Assembly: GCA_963805975.1 (NCBI GenBank)
Contig: CAWDVR010000005.1
Location: 640,001-704,000 of the forward strand
Reading direction: 5' to 3'
From: an uncultured Acidobacteriota bacterium
GTDB taxonomy: Bacteria > Acidobacteriota > Thermoanaerobaculia > Multivoradales > SZUA-115
DNA length: 64,000 nt
Shown: piece after piece, positions 33,106-41,860 of the stretch
How the letters are laid out: each line of letters begins with the position of its first letter
Numbering within the stretch: position 1 is the stretch's first letter
The notes under the pieces: generated by a model
The model's input: the letters and a program-made list of their open reading frames with translations, nothing else
What the model was told of the DNA's origin: nothing
The model's database searches: none
Position numbers and translations under genes: made by a program

Positions 33106-35396
33106 GAGGCTTGCTTGCGCTCGCGCTGCTCGCCGCACCGGCCGGCGAGCTCCGTGCCGCCGATCTCCGGAGCATCGATCCGCGCATACCGCTCGTCGAG
33201 AGCCAGCTCGCGGGACGGCTGGAGGTAGCGCTCCGCGAGACCGAGAAGCTCCTCGCCACCGATCCCGAGCTCGCCCGCCGCCTCGGCCTCCACTACCTGC
33301 GCGGACGCCTCCTCGGCCGCCTCGACCAGGACCAGGAAGCGGCAAACGCCTTCCTCACCGCGATCACCGGCAACCCCGGACTCGCCCTCTACAGCTATTA
33401 CCGCCTGGCGCTGGAGCACGAGCGGCTGGGCCATCCCGAGATGGCGGCCGGCCTGGTGGCGCACGTCCTGGGCTCGGACCAGCCGTTCACCGAGCTGCGG
33501 CGGGCGGTCGAGGTGCTGCGCCGCTCGCTCGCCGCGGGCGGCGACTGCCGCCTCCTGGGTGGCATCCGGGAGACGCGCTTCGAGACCCGGGTGCGGCGCG
33601 AGCTGCTCCTGGCCCGCGCCGAGTGCGCGCTCCGTGCCGGCGACGCCGCGCGGGCGGTGGAGATCGTTTCCAGCCTGCTGCGGGAGACGCGCGAGGACGA
33701 CACCGCCTACCAGGCGGCGCTCCTGGCAGCCGACCAGCTTCTGGCCAAGGCGCCGATGAGCTTCACGCTGGCGGTCGGCATGACGCTCCACGAGCACCGC
33801 GACTTCGCGCGCTCCTCGACGCTCCTGGACCGCGCGCTCACCGCCGCCGGTCCGCCGCCCGCGCTCCTCGACGGAGCCGCCTTCGGCCACCACTACGCCC
33901 GCCAGCGCAACGACTTCTGGTTGGGCGACTACCGCGCCGCGGCCAAGGGCTTCGGCGCTCTCGCCGAGCGGGCGGCGGCGAGCGAGAAGAAGGCCGACGC
34001 CCTGTACCAGGAAGGCCGCAGCCACGAGCTTCTGGGCGACGTCAACCGCGCCTCGGCGAGCTTCCGCCGCGCCTACCTCGCCGACCCGGCCTCGGAATGG
34101 GGGCCGCTCGGCCTGCTCTCGGCGCTGCGCGTCGAGTGGCGGAACGGGGCGGAGAAGCCGGCGCTCGACGCCTATGCCCTCCTTTCGACGCTGCGCACCG
34201 GGCGCGACCAGGCGGCGCGCGCCGCCCTCTTCCTCGCCACCTCGGACCTGGTCCAGGGCCGGGCGGACCGCGCCGCGGTCTGGCTCGCCGACGTCGAGCG
34301 CTTGGCGCCGGAGCTCACGACCGAGATCGCCTACTGGCGGGGCCGCCGCGCCGAGCTTGCCGGCGAGCGCGAGAAGGCCGTCCTCTCCTACCTCGAGGTG
34401 CTGCGCCGCGACGCCTACCAGCCGTTCGCGGCGGCGGCCCGCGAGCGTCTCGAGGGACCCGGCCTCGCCACCACCACCCGCGAGGTAGGGATCCGGCTGC
34501 TGGCTTCCGAGCGCACGGAGAGCCTGTACTCGGCCTGGCTGCTGCTCGGCGACCGGCATCCCAAGGGCCAGGCGGCGATGGCCGCGCTCGCCGCCCGGCT
34601 GGGCCAGGACCCGGCCGTCGCACCGTTCCTGAGGCTGACGGCGGTGCCGGTCGAGACTTGGCCGCTCTGGACCCTGCCGCTCGTCCGGCCCGAGGAGCAG
34701 TTGCTAGCCTTGGGCCTCTTCGAGGAGGGAAGACCGGCCGTGGCGCGGGCCTTCCCGACCTCGAGCCCGGTTTTCGCGCTCGCCGGCAGCCGCCACCTCG
34801 CGGCGGCCGGCGAGACGCGCGAAGCCCTGCGACTGGCGGAGATCCTGGCAGAGAGGCTGCCGCGCTCGACCCCCCAACGGCTGCTGGTGCGGCCCTACCG
34901 TGAGCTGCTCTACCCGCTGCCGTTTCGTGATCTGCTCGACCGGGAGACAGGCCGGCGCTCGGTCGAGATCTGGCTCCTGGCCGCCATCATCCGCGAGGAG
35001 AGCCGCTTCGATGCGCACGCGCTTTCCGGCGCCTCGGCCCGCGGCCTCACCCAGTTCACCCAGCAGACGGCACAACGCTTCGCCGAGCGCGCCGGTTTCG
35101 GCACCGTCGAGGCCGCCGACCTCTACCGGCCGGAGGTGGCGATCACCCTCGGCGCCACCTACCTCGCGGACCTCGGCCGGCAGTTCCCGAACGCCGAGGC
35201 CGCGGTGGTGGCGGCCTACAACGCCGGTGAGGACCAGGCCCGCCTCTGGCAGCGCTACTGCTTCAGCACCGAGCCCGCCGAGTACTATTCCAAGGTGGCC
35301 TTCCGCCAGACCCGTGCCTACCTCCACAAGGTCCTGACCAGCCGCGCCCACTACTATGAGATCTACGGCCGGGACGGAGCGTTCGGGACACCGTAG
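33096..35396 (+). CDS. Slt-like lytic transglycosylase with TPR-like helical repeats
   Basis: Signal peptide, IREESRF, GLTQ and AAYNAG. Confidence 0.9.
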   Translation: MTARGLLALALLAAPAGELRAADLRSIDPRIPLVESQLAGRLEVALRETEKLLATDPELARRLGLHYLRGRLLGRLDQDQEAANAFLTAITGNPGLALYSYYRLALEHERLGHPEMAAGLVAHVLGSDQPFTELRRAVEVLRRSLAAGGDCRLLGGIRETRFETRVRRELLLARAECALRAGDAARAVEIVSSLLRETREDDTAYQAALLAADQLLAKAPMSFTLAVGMTLHEHRDFARSSTLLDRALTAAGPPPALLDGAAFGHHYARQRNDFWLGDYRAAAKGFGALAERAAASEKKADALYQEGRSHELLGDVNRASASFRRAYLADPASEWGPLGLLSALRVEWRNGAEKPALDAYALLSTLRTGRDQAARAALFLATSDLVQGRADRAAVWLADVERLAPELTTEIAYWRGRRAELAGEREKAVLSYLEVLRRDAYQPFAAAARERLEGPGLATTTREVGIRLLASERTESLYSAWLLLGDRHPKGQAAMAALAARLGQDPAVAPFLRLTAVPVETWPLWTLPLVRPEEQLLALGLFEEGRPAVARAFPTSSPVFALAGSRHLAAAGETREALRLAEILAERLPRSTPQRLLVRPYRELLYPLPFRDLLDRETGRRSVEIWLLAAIIREESRFDAHALSGASARGLTQFTQQTAQRFAERAGFGTVEAADLYRPEVAITLGATYLADLGRQFPNAEAAVVAAYNAGEDQARLWQRYCFSTEPAEYYSKVAFRQTRAYLHKVLTSRAHYYEIYGRDGAFGTP

Positions 35397-35416
35397 GCGA
35401 AGAGTGCGGGCCGCCG

Positions 35417-36139
35417 CTACGGTTTCTCGGCCGGCGCCTCGACAACGTCGACCACCGGCGGCAGGCGGTCGTGGCGGCGGTCCCAGAGGTTGACCACATC
35501 GGCAGAGCGCTCGAGCTCGGCGGTCCAGCGCACCACCTCCTCGTTGAGGCGCTGCTCGCGGAGCACGGCGCGGATCTGCTCTCGCACCTGCTCGAGCGGC
35601 GGCAGGGCCTCGCTCTGGGCGCCGAGCGCCGGTGCCATCACCTCGTCGTAGTAGCGGCGGATGTCGTCCGCGCTGACGAAGACGCGCGAGGCCAGGCGGC
35701 GCTCCACGTAGGTGAGGATGGCGAGCTGCCGCGCCACGATCTGCTTCAGGCCCGCCTCGGAGAGCGACTGCTCCCGCAGGCGCTGCTGATAGGCCTCCTC
35801 GGTGGGGAAGCGGCTGCGGATCTCCTCCACCTGCGCCTCGATCTCGGCCGGCGGCACCTCCACCAGCCCCACGCGATCCACCTCGTGAAAGCGCAGGCGT
35901 TGCTCGATCAGGTCCTCGAGCACGCGGCGCGACAGCGCGTCCGGGCTCTCGTCCGGCTGCGGCGGAGGCTCGACCAGGCCCAGCCGGATGGCGCGCTCGA
36001 CGTCCGAGAGGAGGATGGGCTCCTCGTCGACCACGGCGACGATGCGGTCCTTCAGTTGGCGCGCGGTCTCGCTGCTCCGGCCCTCCTCCTGGGCGCCGGC
36101 CGTGACCAGCAAGGAAGCCAGGAAAGCCGACGAAAACAC
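35417..36139 (-). CDS. SurA N-terminal-domain chaperone-like protein
   Basis: DRIVAVVDEEPILLSDV...VLEDLIEQRL; no parvulin domain is visible. Confidence 0.8.
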   Translation of the reverse strand: MFSSAFLASLLVTAGAQEEGRSSETARQLKDRIVAVVDEEPILLSDVERAIRLGLVEPPPQPDESPDALSRRVLEDLIEQRLRFHEVDRVGLVEVPPAEIEAQVEEIRSRFPTEEAYQQRLREQSLSEAGLKQIVARQLAILTYVERRLASRVFVSADDIRRYYDEVMAPALGAQSEALPPLEQVREQIRAVLREQRLNEEVVRWTAELERSADVVNLWDRRHDRLPPVVDVVEAPAEKP

Positions 36140-36225
36140 GGAGAATACTGCTCACGGAGGCCATGGTACCATCGCCCTCTCGCAGCCGCTGCGAGGCTGC
36201 CCCTTCCCAACCGGCTCCTCCCCAG

Positions 36226-36921
36226 ATGGAATCTCCTCGCGGCCGCCTGCTCGTCGTCTCCACCCCGATCGGCAATCTGGAAGACCTCTCGGCACGGGCT
36301 CGCGCGGCGTTCGTGCGCGCCGACCTCGTGGCCTGCGAGGACACGCGGCGCACCGGCCTGCTGCTCGCGCACCTGGGGATCAAGAAGCCCCTCATCTCGC
36401 TCCACGAGCACAACGAGAGGAGGCGGCTCGCCGGCCTGCTCGAAGCCCTGGCCGAAGGCCGCGTGATCGCCCTCGCCTCGGACGCCGGCACTCCCCTGGT
36501 CTCGGACCCCGGGTTCCTGCTGGTGCGCGAGGCCGCCGCGGCCGGCATCCCGGTCGAGCCGATCCCCGGGCCGTCGGCGCTCCTCGCGGCGCTCGTCGCC
36601 TCGGGCCTGCCGCCGTATCCGTTCACCTTCGCCGGCTTCCCGCCGCCCCGCGCCGGCAAGCGCCGCGCCTTCTACCGGGGGCTCGCCGAGCTGCCGCACA
36701 CGCTTCTGATCTACGAGTCGCCCCACCGCGTGCTCGCGAGCCTGGAAGATGCGTGCGCCGAGCTGGGCGACCGCCCGGCCGCCCTCGCCCGCGAGCTCAC
36801 CAAGCTGCACGAGGAGATCCTGCGCGGCCGGCTCTCGGAGATCGCAGCGGAGCTCGCCAGCCGGCCGGCGATCAAGGGGGAGATCGTGCTGGTGGTGGCG
36901 CCGCCTAGAGACCCGCGTTGA
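36226..36921 (+). CDS. rsmI: 16S rRNA C1402 2'-O-methyltransferase
   Basis: TPIGNLED, CEDTR, SDAGTP, SDPG, YESPHR and RELTKLHEE. Confidence 0.96.
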   Translation: MESPRGRLLVVSTPIGNLEDLSARARAAFVRADLVACEDTRRTGLLLAHLGIKKPLISLHEHNERRRLAGLLEALAEGRVIALASDAGTPLVSDPGFLLVREAAAAGIPVEPIPGPSALLAALVASGLPPYPFTFAGFPPPRAGKRRAFYRGLAELPHTLLIYESPHRVLASLEDACAELGDRPAALARELTKLHEEILRGRLSEIAAELASRPAIKGEIVLVVAPPRDPR

Positions 36922-38008
36922 TCCAGCACCCGCCCAGCACCCGCGTGCCGCGGTAGAAGACCGCGGCCTGGCCGGGAGCGACGCCGCGCTGGGGCTCGTC
37001 GAACCGCACTTCGGCCGTGCCTCCGGGCAGGGCGCGGATGGTGGAGGGCACGCCGGGGTGACGGGAGCGGATCTTGACCGTGGCACGCACCGAGCCGTCC
37101 GGCTCGGTGAAGGCCGCGGGGTCGCCGATCCAGTGCAGGCGCTCGCCGGCCAGGCCCGCCGCGGCGAGCTCGTGCTCGCGGCCGACGATGACCCTGTTCT
37201 CGGCCGGCTCGACGGCCAGCACGTAGAGCCGCTCGCCGGCGGATACGCCCAGACCGCGGCGCTGGCCCACGGTGTAGCGGTAGTAGGGATCCCCGTGGCC
37301 GAGCGTCTCGCCGGAGCTCGCGACGATGGCCGCCGGCTCGACCGGCGGTGGTGCGAAGCGCTCGGGCCGGGCCGCCGCCTCGCGCTCCACGAACTCGCGC
37401 ACGCTGCCGGAAACGAAGCACACCTCCATCGACTCGCCCTTGCCCGCCACCACCAGACCGGCCTCGCGGGCGAGGTCGCGCACCTGGCCCTTGGTGAGCT
37501 CGCCCAGCGGGAAGCGCGACGCCGCGAGCTGCTGGGGCTTGAGCTCGAAGAGGTAGTAGCTCTGGTCCTTCTCGGTGTCACGCGCGCTGTGCAGCTCGGG
37601 GCCGGCGGGCCCCGGCAGGATGCGCGCGTAGTGGCCGGTCGCCACCTCCTCGGCACCCAGCGCGCGGGCCTTCTCGAGCAGCAGGTCGAACTTGATCCAG
37701 GTGTTGCAGCGCACGCAGGGCGAGGGCGTGCGGCCGGCCAGATAGTCGCCGACGAACGGGTCCACCACCTGCTCCCGGAACTCGCGGTCCAGCCGCAGCG
37801 TGTAGTGAGGGATGCCGGCCTGCTGCGCCACGCGGCGGGCGTCCCCCAGGTCCAGGGCGCCGCAGCAGCGGCCGTTGGTCGCCTCTTCGCTCTGGTCCCA
37901 GAGCAGCATGGAGAGACCGATCACGGGCTCGCCGCGGGCGGCGAGCAGGTAGGCGGTGACCGAGGAGTCCAGGCCGCCGCTCATCGCCACGGCCACCAGC
38001 CGGCTCAC
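36905..38008 (-). CDS. mnmA: tRNA 2-thiouridylase
   Basis: SGGLDSS, PCVRCN, ATGHY, KDQSY and PGQAAVFY. Confidence 0.97.
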   Translation of the reverse strand: MSRLVAVAMSGGLDSSVTAYLLAARGEPVIGLSMLLWDQSEEATNGRCCGALDLGDARRVAQQAGIPHYTLRLDREFREQVVDPFVGDYLAGRTPSPCVRCNTWIKFDLLLEKARALGAEEVATGHYARILPGPAGPELHSARDTEKDQSYYLFELKPQQLAASRFPLGELTKGQVRDLAREAGLVVAGKGESMEVCFVSGSVREFVEREAAARPERFAPPPVEPAAIVASSGETLGHGDPYYRYTVGQRRGLGVSAGERLYVLAVEPAENRVIVGREHELAAAGLAGERLHWIGDPAAFTEPDGSVRATVKIRSRHPGVPSTIRALPGGTAEVRFDEPQRGVAPGQAAVFYRGTRVLGGCWINAGL

Positions 38009-39198
38009 GCGACCCTCGCTGCCCCGGCCGTCGAGGGAGGGGCCAGTGGTGAGACCCGCCGCAGCGCGGCCACCTCACGGGCCAGCACCGGCAGGAAGGC
38101 GTCGACCTCCTCCGGGGTGTTGGTCAGGCCGAAGCTGATGCGCAGCGACGCCAGGGCCTCGCGCGGGGTGAGGCCCATGGCGAGGAGCGCCTTGCTGGGC
38201 TCGACGATGCCCGCCGAGCAGGCGGCGCCGGTCGAGACCGCGAAGCCGGCGAGATCCAGCCGGATGAGGAGCGACTCGGCCTCGAGACCGAGAAAGGCGA
38301 CGTGCGAGGTGTGGGGCAGCCGCAGCGCCTGCCGGCAGTGGACCACGGCGCCCGGCACGGCGGCCAGCCCGGCCTCGAAGCGCCCGCGCAGGGCGGAGAG
38401 CCGCGTGTGGCGGCCCTGGAGCTCGAGCCGCGCCAGCTCCGCGGCTCTGCCGAGCCCGACGATCGCCGGCACGTTCTCGGTCGAGGCCCGGCGGCGGCGC
38501 TCCTGGCTGCCGCCGACGAGCAGGGCGGAGAAGAGCGCTCCCGGCCGCACCCAGAGGGCGGCAGCGCCGAGCGGGCCGTGGAACTTGTGGCCGCCGATCA
38601 CCAGGTAGTCGACGCCGAGCTCTTGGGCGTCGACGGCGATCTTGCCCACCGCCTGCACGGCGTCCGAGAGCACCGGGATGCCGAGCCCGCGGCAGGCGCG
38701 GGCGACCTCGGCGACCGGCTGCACGGTGCCCACCTCGTTGTTGGCGAGCATCAGGCAGACCAGCCGGGTGTCGGGCCGCAGGGCCGCCTCGACGGCCCCC
38801 GCGTCGATCACGCCGTCGCCTGACGGGGCCACCCGTGTCGCCTGCATGCCGGCGGCCTCGAGCCGCTCGACGGCCTGGCGGACAGACGGATGCTCGAAAG
38901 CAGAGAGCACGAGGTGGCCGCGGTAGCCCGCCGCGGCACCCACAGCGGCGACCACGGCGTTGTTGGCCTCGGTGCCGGAGGCGGTGAAGACGATCTCGAC
39001 GGCGCGCACTCCGAGCAGAGCGGCCACCTCGGCGCGGGCCGCTTCGACCGCCTCGCGCGCCGCCTGCCCGAAGCGGTGGATGGACGAGGGATTGCCGTGG
39101 CGGCTGCCCAGCCAGGGCATCATGGCCTCGGCCACGCGCGGGTCGAGGGGCGTGGTGGCGTTGTGGTCGAAGTAGACGGCGTCCATGATCGTCTTCAT
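38005..39198 (-). CDS. iscS: Cysteine desulfurase (IscS/NifS family)
   Basis: YFDHNATT, NNEVG, DAVQ, GHKFHGP and STGAAC; coupled to mnmA. The start may be 39186. Confidence 0.92.
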   Translation of the reverse strand: MKTIMDAVYFDHNATTPLDPRVAEAMMPWLGSRHGNPSSIHRFGQAAREAVEAARAEVAALLGVRAVEIVFTASGTEANNAVVAAVGAAAGYRGHLVLSAFEHPSVRQAVERLEAAGMQATRVAPSGDGVIDAGAVEAALRPDTRLVCLMLANNEVGTVQPVAEVARACRGLGIPVLSDAVQAVGKIAVDAQELGVDYLVIGGHKFHGPLGAAALWVRPGALFSALLVGGSQERRRRASTENVPAIVGLGRAAELARLELQGRHTRLSALRGRFEAGLAAVPGAVVHCRQALRLPHTSHVAFLGLEAESLLIRLDLAGFAVSTGAACSAGIVEPSKALLAMGLTPREALASLRISFGLTNTPEEVDAFLPVLAREVAALRRVSPLAPPSTAGAARVA

Positions 39199-39209
39199 TG
39201 TAGCCCCCG

Positions 39210-39225
39210 CGGCCCGTGCCTTGCA
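39210..39225 (+). promoter_or_regulatory. Sigma54 promoter candidate for VWA paralogs 1-2
   Basis: CGGCCCG-TGCC-TTGCA, with correct GG/GC spacing, 55 nt before the ATG at 39281. Confidence 0.45.
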
Positions 39226-39280
39226 TGCCGCGGTGGGCTTCGCGAGCCGGCTGCACCCTCCGAATCCGTAGAAAGAGACG

Positions 39281-41815
39281 ATGAATAGAAACAGCTCCCG
39301 CTCCCTCCCGGTCCTCGCCACGCTGGCGGTGCTCGGTCTCGCGCTCGCAACGGCCCCTCCCGCCCGGGCCAAGGAGAAGGACGCCGACCTGGTCCAGGCT
39401 CTGCCTGCCAAGTACCAGACCTGGCTCGAGGAGGTCGACGTCCTGATCTCGAAAGAGGAGAAGGCGTCCTTTCTCGAGCTCAGAGAGGACTACCACCGGG
39501 ACGCCTTCATCGAGCGCTTCTGGAAAGCGCGCGACCCCTACCCGGACACCGCCCGGAACGAGTTCCGCGACCGCTACCAGGAGATCTTGGCGCACGCCCG
39601 AGCCACCTACAGTGACCTCAAGGAGGAGCGGGCGCGCATGCTGCTCCTGAACGGCGAGCCGGCGGACGTCCGCGCGGTGCAGTGCTCGACCCTGCTGTGG
39701 CCCATCGAGCTCTGGATCTACGCCGGCAGCGACCGGGTCCGCTCGGACTTCTTCCTCGTCTTCTACCGCAAATGGGGCGGCGGCCGGTTCGTGCTGTGGC
39801 GGCCGATCGAGGGCCTGGAGCAGCTCTTCCAGGATCAGATGGGGGGCCAGAGCCCCGGCGCCAACGCCCTGCTGCGCATGATCTACGACCGTTGCTATCG
39901 CGGCGACGAGGTGGCGGGCATCCTCGGCTCGATCGTCAGCCAGGGCGCCATGGGTTACGAGATGCTGCTCGCCGAGGTCACCGAGAAGCCCGACCCTCCC
40001 GAGAGCGAGTGGGTCTCCACCTTCGAGGCCTACTCGACCGACCTGCCGCAGGGCGCGGCCACCCTGCCGGCCCGGGTGGAAGTTCTCTTTCCCGGGCGCC
40101 GGCAGAACCGTACCGCCGTCGAAGGCGTGGTCACCGTGCCGCTCGCCGAGGCGGGCCAGGCCGCGCTCGCCGACTTCCGCTCCTACAACTTCGTGCTCAC
40201 CGGCGAGGTGCTGTCGGAAGCCGAGCTCTTCGATTCCTTCCGCTACAAGTTCGACGTCCCGGTGCCGGAAGCGGGAGGCGAGTCCCTGCCCCTCGTGTTC
40301 CAGCGCTACCTGCGGCCAGGCTCCTACCGCTTGGTGGTCAAGCTCGAGGATCTGAACAGCAAGAAGTTCTTCCGCGCCGACCTGCCGCTCGTCGTGCCCG
40401 CGGTCGGCGAGACACCACCTCCGGCGCCCGACGCCGAGACCGCGCGCCTCCTGGCCGAGGCCAACGCCGTGCTCGCCATGGGCGAGACCACGCTCCAGAT
40501 CATCGAGCCCCAGGGCGAGCTCCTCTCCGGCATGCGGCGCATCGACACGCTGGTGACCGGTCGCGACATCACCCGCGTGACCTTCCGGCTCGACGGCCGC
40601 GAGGTGCTGATCAAGAAGACGCCGCCCTACTCGGTGGAGCTCGACCTGGGATCGCTGCCCCGGCCCCGTACCCTCGAGGCCTTCGCCTACGACGCCTCCG
40701 GCCGCGAGCTGGCCTCGGACCGGGTGATCGTCAACGCCACCCCGCACCGCTTCAGCGTGCGCCTGGCCGAGCCTCGGCGCGGCGTGACCTACAAGGGGAG
40801 CCTGGTGGCCCGCGCCGAGGTCGAGGTGCCGGAGGGCCGCTCCGTCGAGCGCGTCGAGTTCTTCTTGAACGAGACCCGCGTCGCCACCCTCTACCAGCCG
40901 CCCTTCGAGCAGCCGATCGTGCTGCCGGAGAATGAGCCCCTGGCCTACGTGCAGGCCGTGGTCTACCTGCCGGACGGCAACTCCACCCAGGACCTGGTGT
41001 TCGTCAACGCGCCCGACCTCCTGGAGGAGATCGACATCCAGTTCGTCGAGCTCTACACCACCGCTCTCGACCGCGACGGCCGTCCCAGCCTGGGGGTGGA
41101 GGAGAAGGACTTCCGGGTCTTCGAGGACGGCGTGGCGCAGGAGATCCGCCGCTTCGAGGTGGTGCGCGACCTGCCGATCCACACCGCGGTGGTGCTCGAC
41201 GTCTCGGGCTCGATGGAGGAGAGCCTGGGCCAGGCGCGCGAGGCGGCGCTGGGCTTCTTCCAGCAGATCCTCAAGCCCAAGGACCGCGCGGCGCTGGTCA
41301 CCTTCAACGACCGGCCGACGCTCGACGTCAAGTTCACCAACGAGGTCAACGCCCTCGCCGGCGGTCTCGCGGGGCTGAAGGCGGAGCGTGGCACGGCGCT
41401 CTACGACAGCCTGATCTTCGGCCTCTACTACTTCAACGGCATCAAGGGCCAGCGCGCCCTGCTGCTGCTCTCGGACGGCAAGGACGAGTCCAGCCGCTTC
41501 AAGTACGAGGACGCGCTCGAGTACGCCCGCCGCGCCGGGGTGACGATCTACGCCATCGGCCTCGAGCTGCCCAAGGGTGAGGCGCGCCGCGAGCTGTCGC
41601 GCTTTGCGGACGAGACCGGTGGCCGCGCCTACTTCCTCGACTCGGTGGCCGGGCTGCCGGCGATCTACTCCGCCATCGAAGAGGAGCTGCGCTCGCAGTA
41701 CTTGATCGCCTACCAGTCGGCGAACACCGCGAAGTCGACGGCCTTCCGCGCGGTGGAGGTCAAGATCGAGCGGCCGGGCTTCGAGGCCAAGACCATCCGG
41801 GGGTACTACCCGTGA
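39281..41815 (+). CDS. Secreted GWxTD-like / Ig-like / VWA protein, paralog 1
   Basis: Signal peptide; WLEEV..LI..EE...FL...FIERFWKARDPYP..RNEF; MIDAS DVSGS, GTALYD and SDGKD; ends GYYP. Confidence 0.88.
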   Translation: MNRNSSRSLPVLATLAVLGLALATAPPARAKEKDADLVQALPAKYQTWLEEVDVLISKEEKASFLELREDYHRDAFIERFWKARDPYPDTARNEFRDRYQEILAHARATYSDLKEERARMLLLNGEPADVRAVQCSTLLWPIELWIYAGSDRVRSDFFLVFYRKWGGGRFVLWRPIEGLEQLFQDQMGGQSPGANALLRMIYDRCYRGDEVAGILGSIVSQGAMGYEMLLAEVTEKPDPPESEWVSTFEAYSTDLPQGAATLPARVEVLFPGRRQNRTAVEGVVTVPLAEAGQAALADFRSYNFVLTGEVLSEAELFDSFRYKFDVPVPEAGGESLPLVFQRYLRPGSYRLVVKLEDLNSKKFFRADLPLVVPAVGETPPPAPDAETARLLAEANAVLAMGETTLQIIEPQGELLSGMRRIDTLVTGRDITRVTFRLDGREVLIKKTPPYSVELDLGSLPRPRTLEAFAYDASGRELASDRVIVNATPHRFSVRLAEPRRGVTYKGSLVARAEVEVPEGRSVERVEFFLNETRVATLYQPPFEQPIVLPENEPLAYVQAVVYLPDGNSTQDLVFVNAPDLLEEIDIQFVELYTTALDRDGRPSLGVEEKDFRVFEDGVAQEIRRFEVVRDLPIHTAVVLDVSGSMEESLGQAREAALGFFQQILKPKDRAALVTFNDRPTLDVKFTNEVNALAGGLAGLKAERGTALYDSLIFGLYYFNGIKGQRALLLLSDGKDESSRFKYEDALEYARRAGVTIYAIGLELPKGEARRELSRFADETGGRAYFLDSVAGLPAIYSAIEEELRSQYLIAYQSANTAKSTAFRAVEVKIERPGFEAKTIRGYYP

Positions 41816-41860
41816 GCCATCTCCTGCGGCGCTCGTTGCCGTAGAGTCTGCGGAGACATC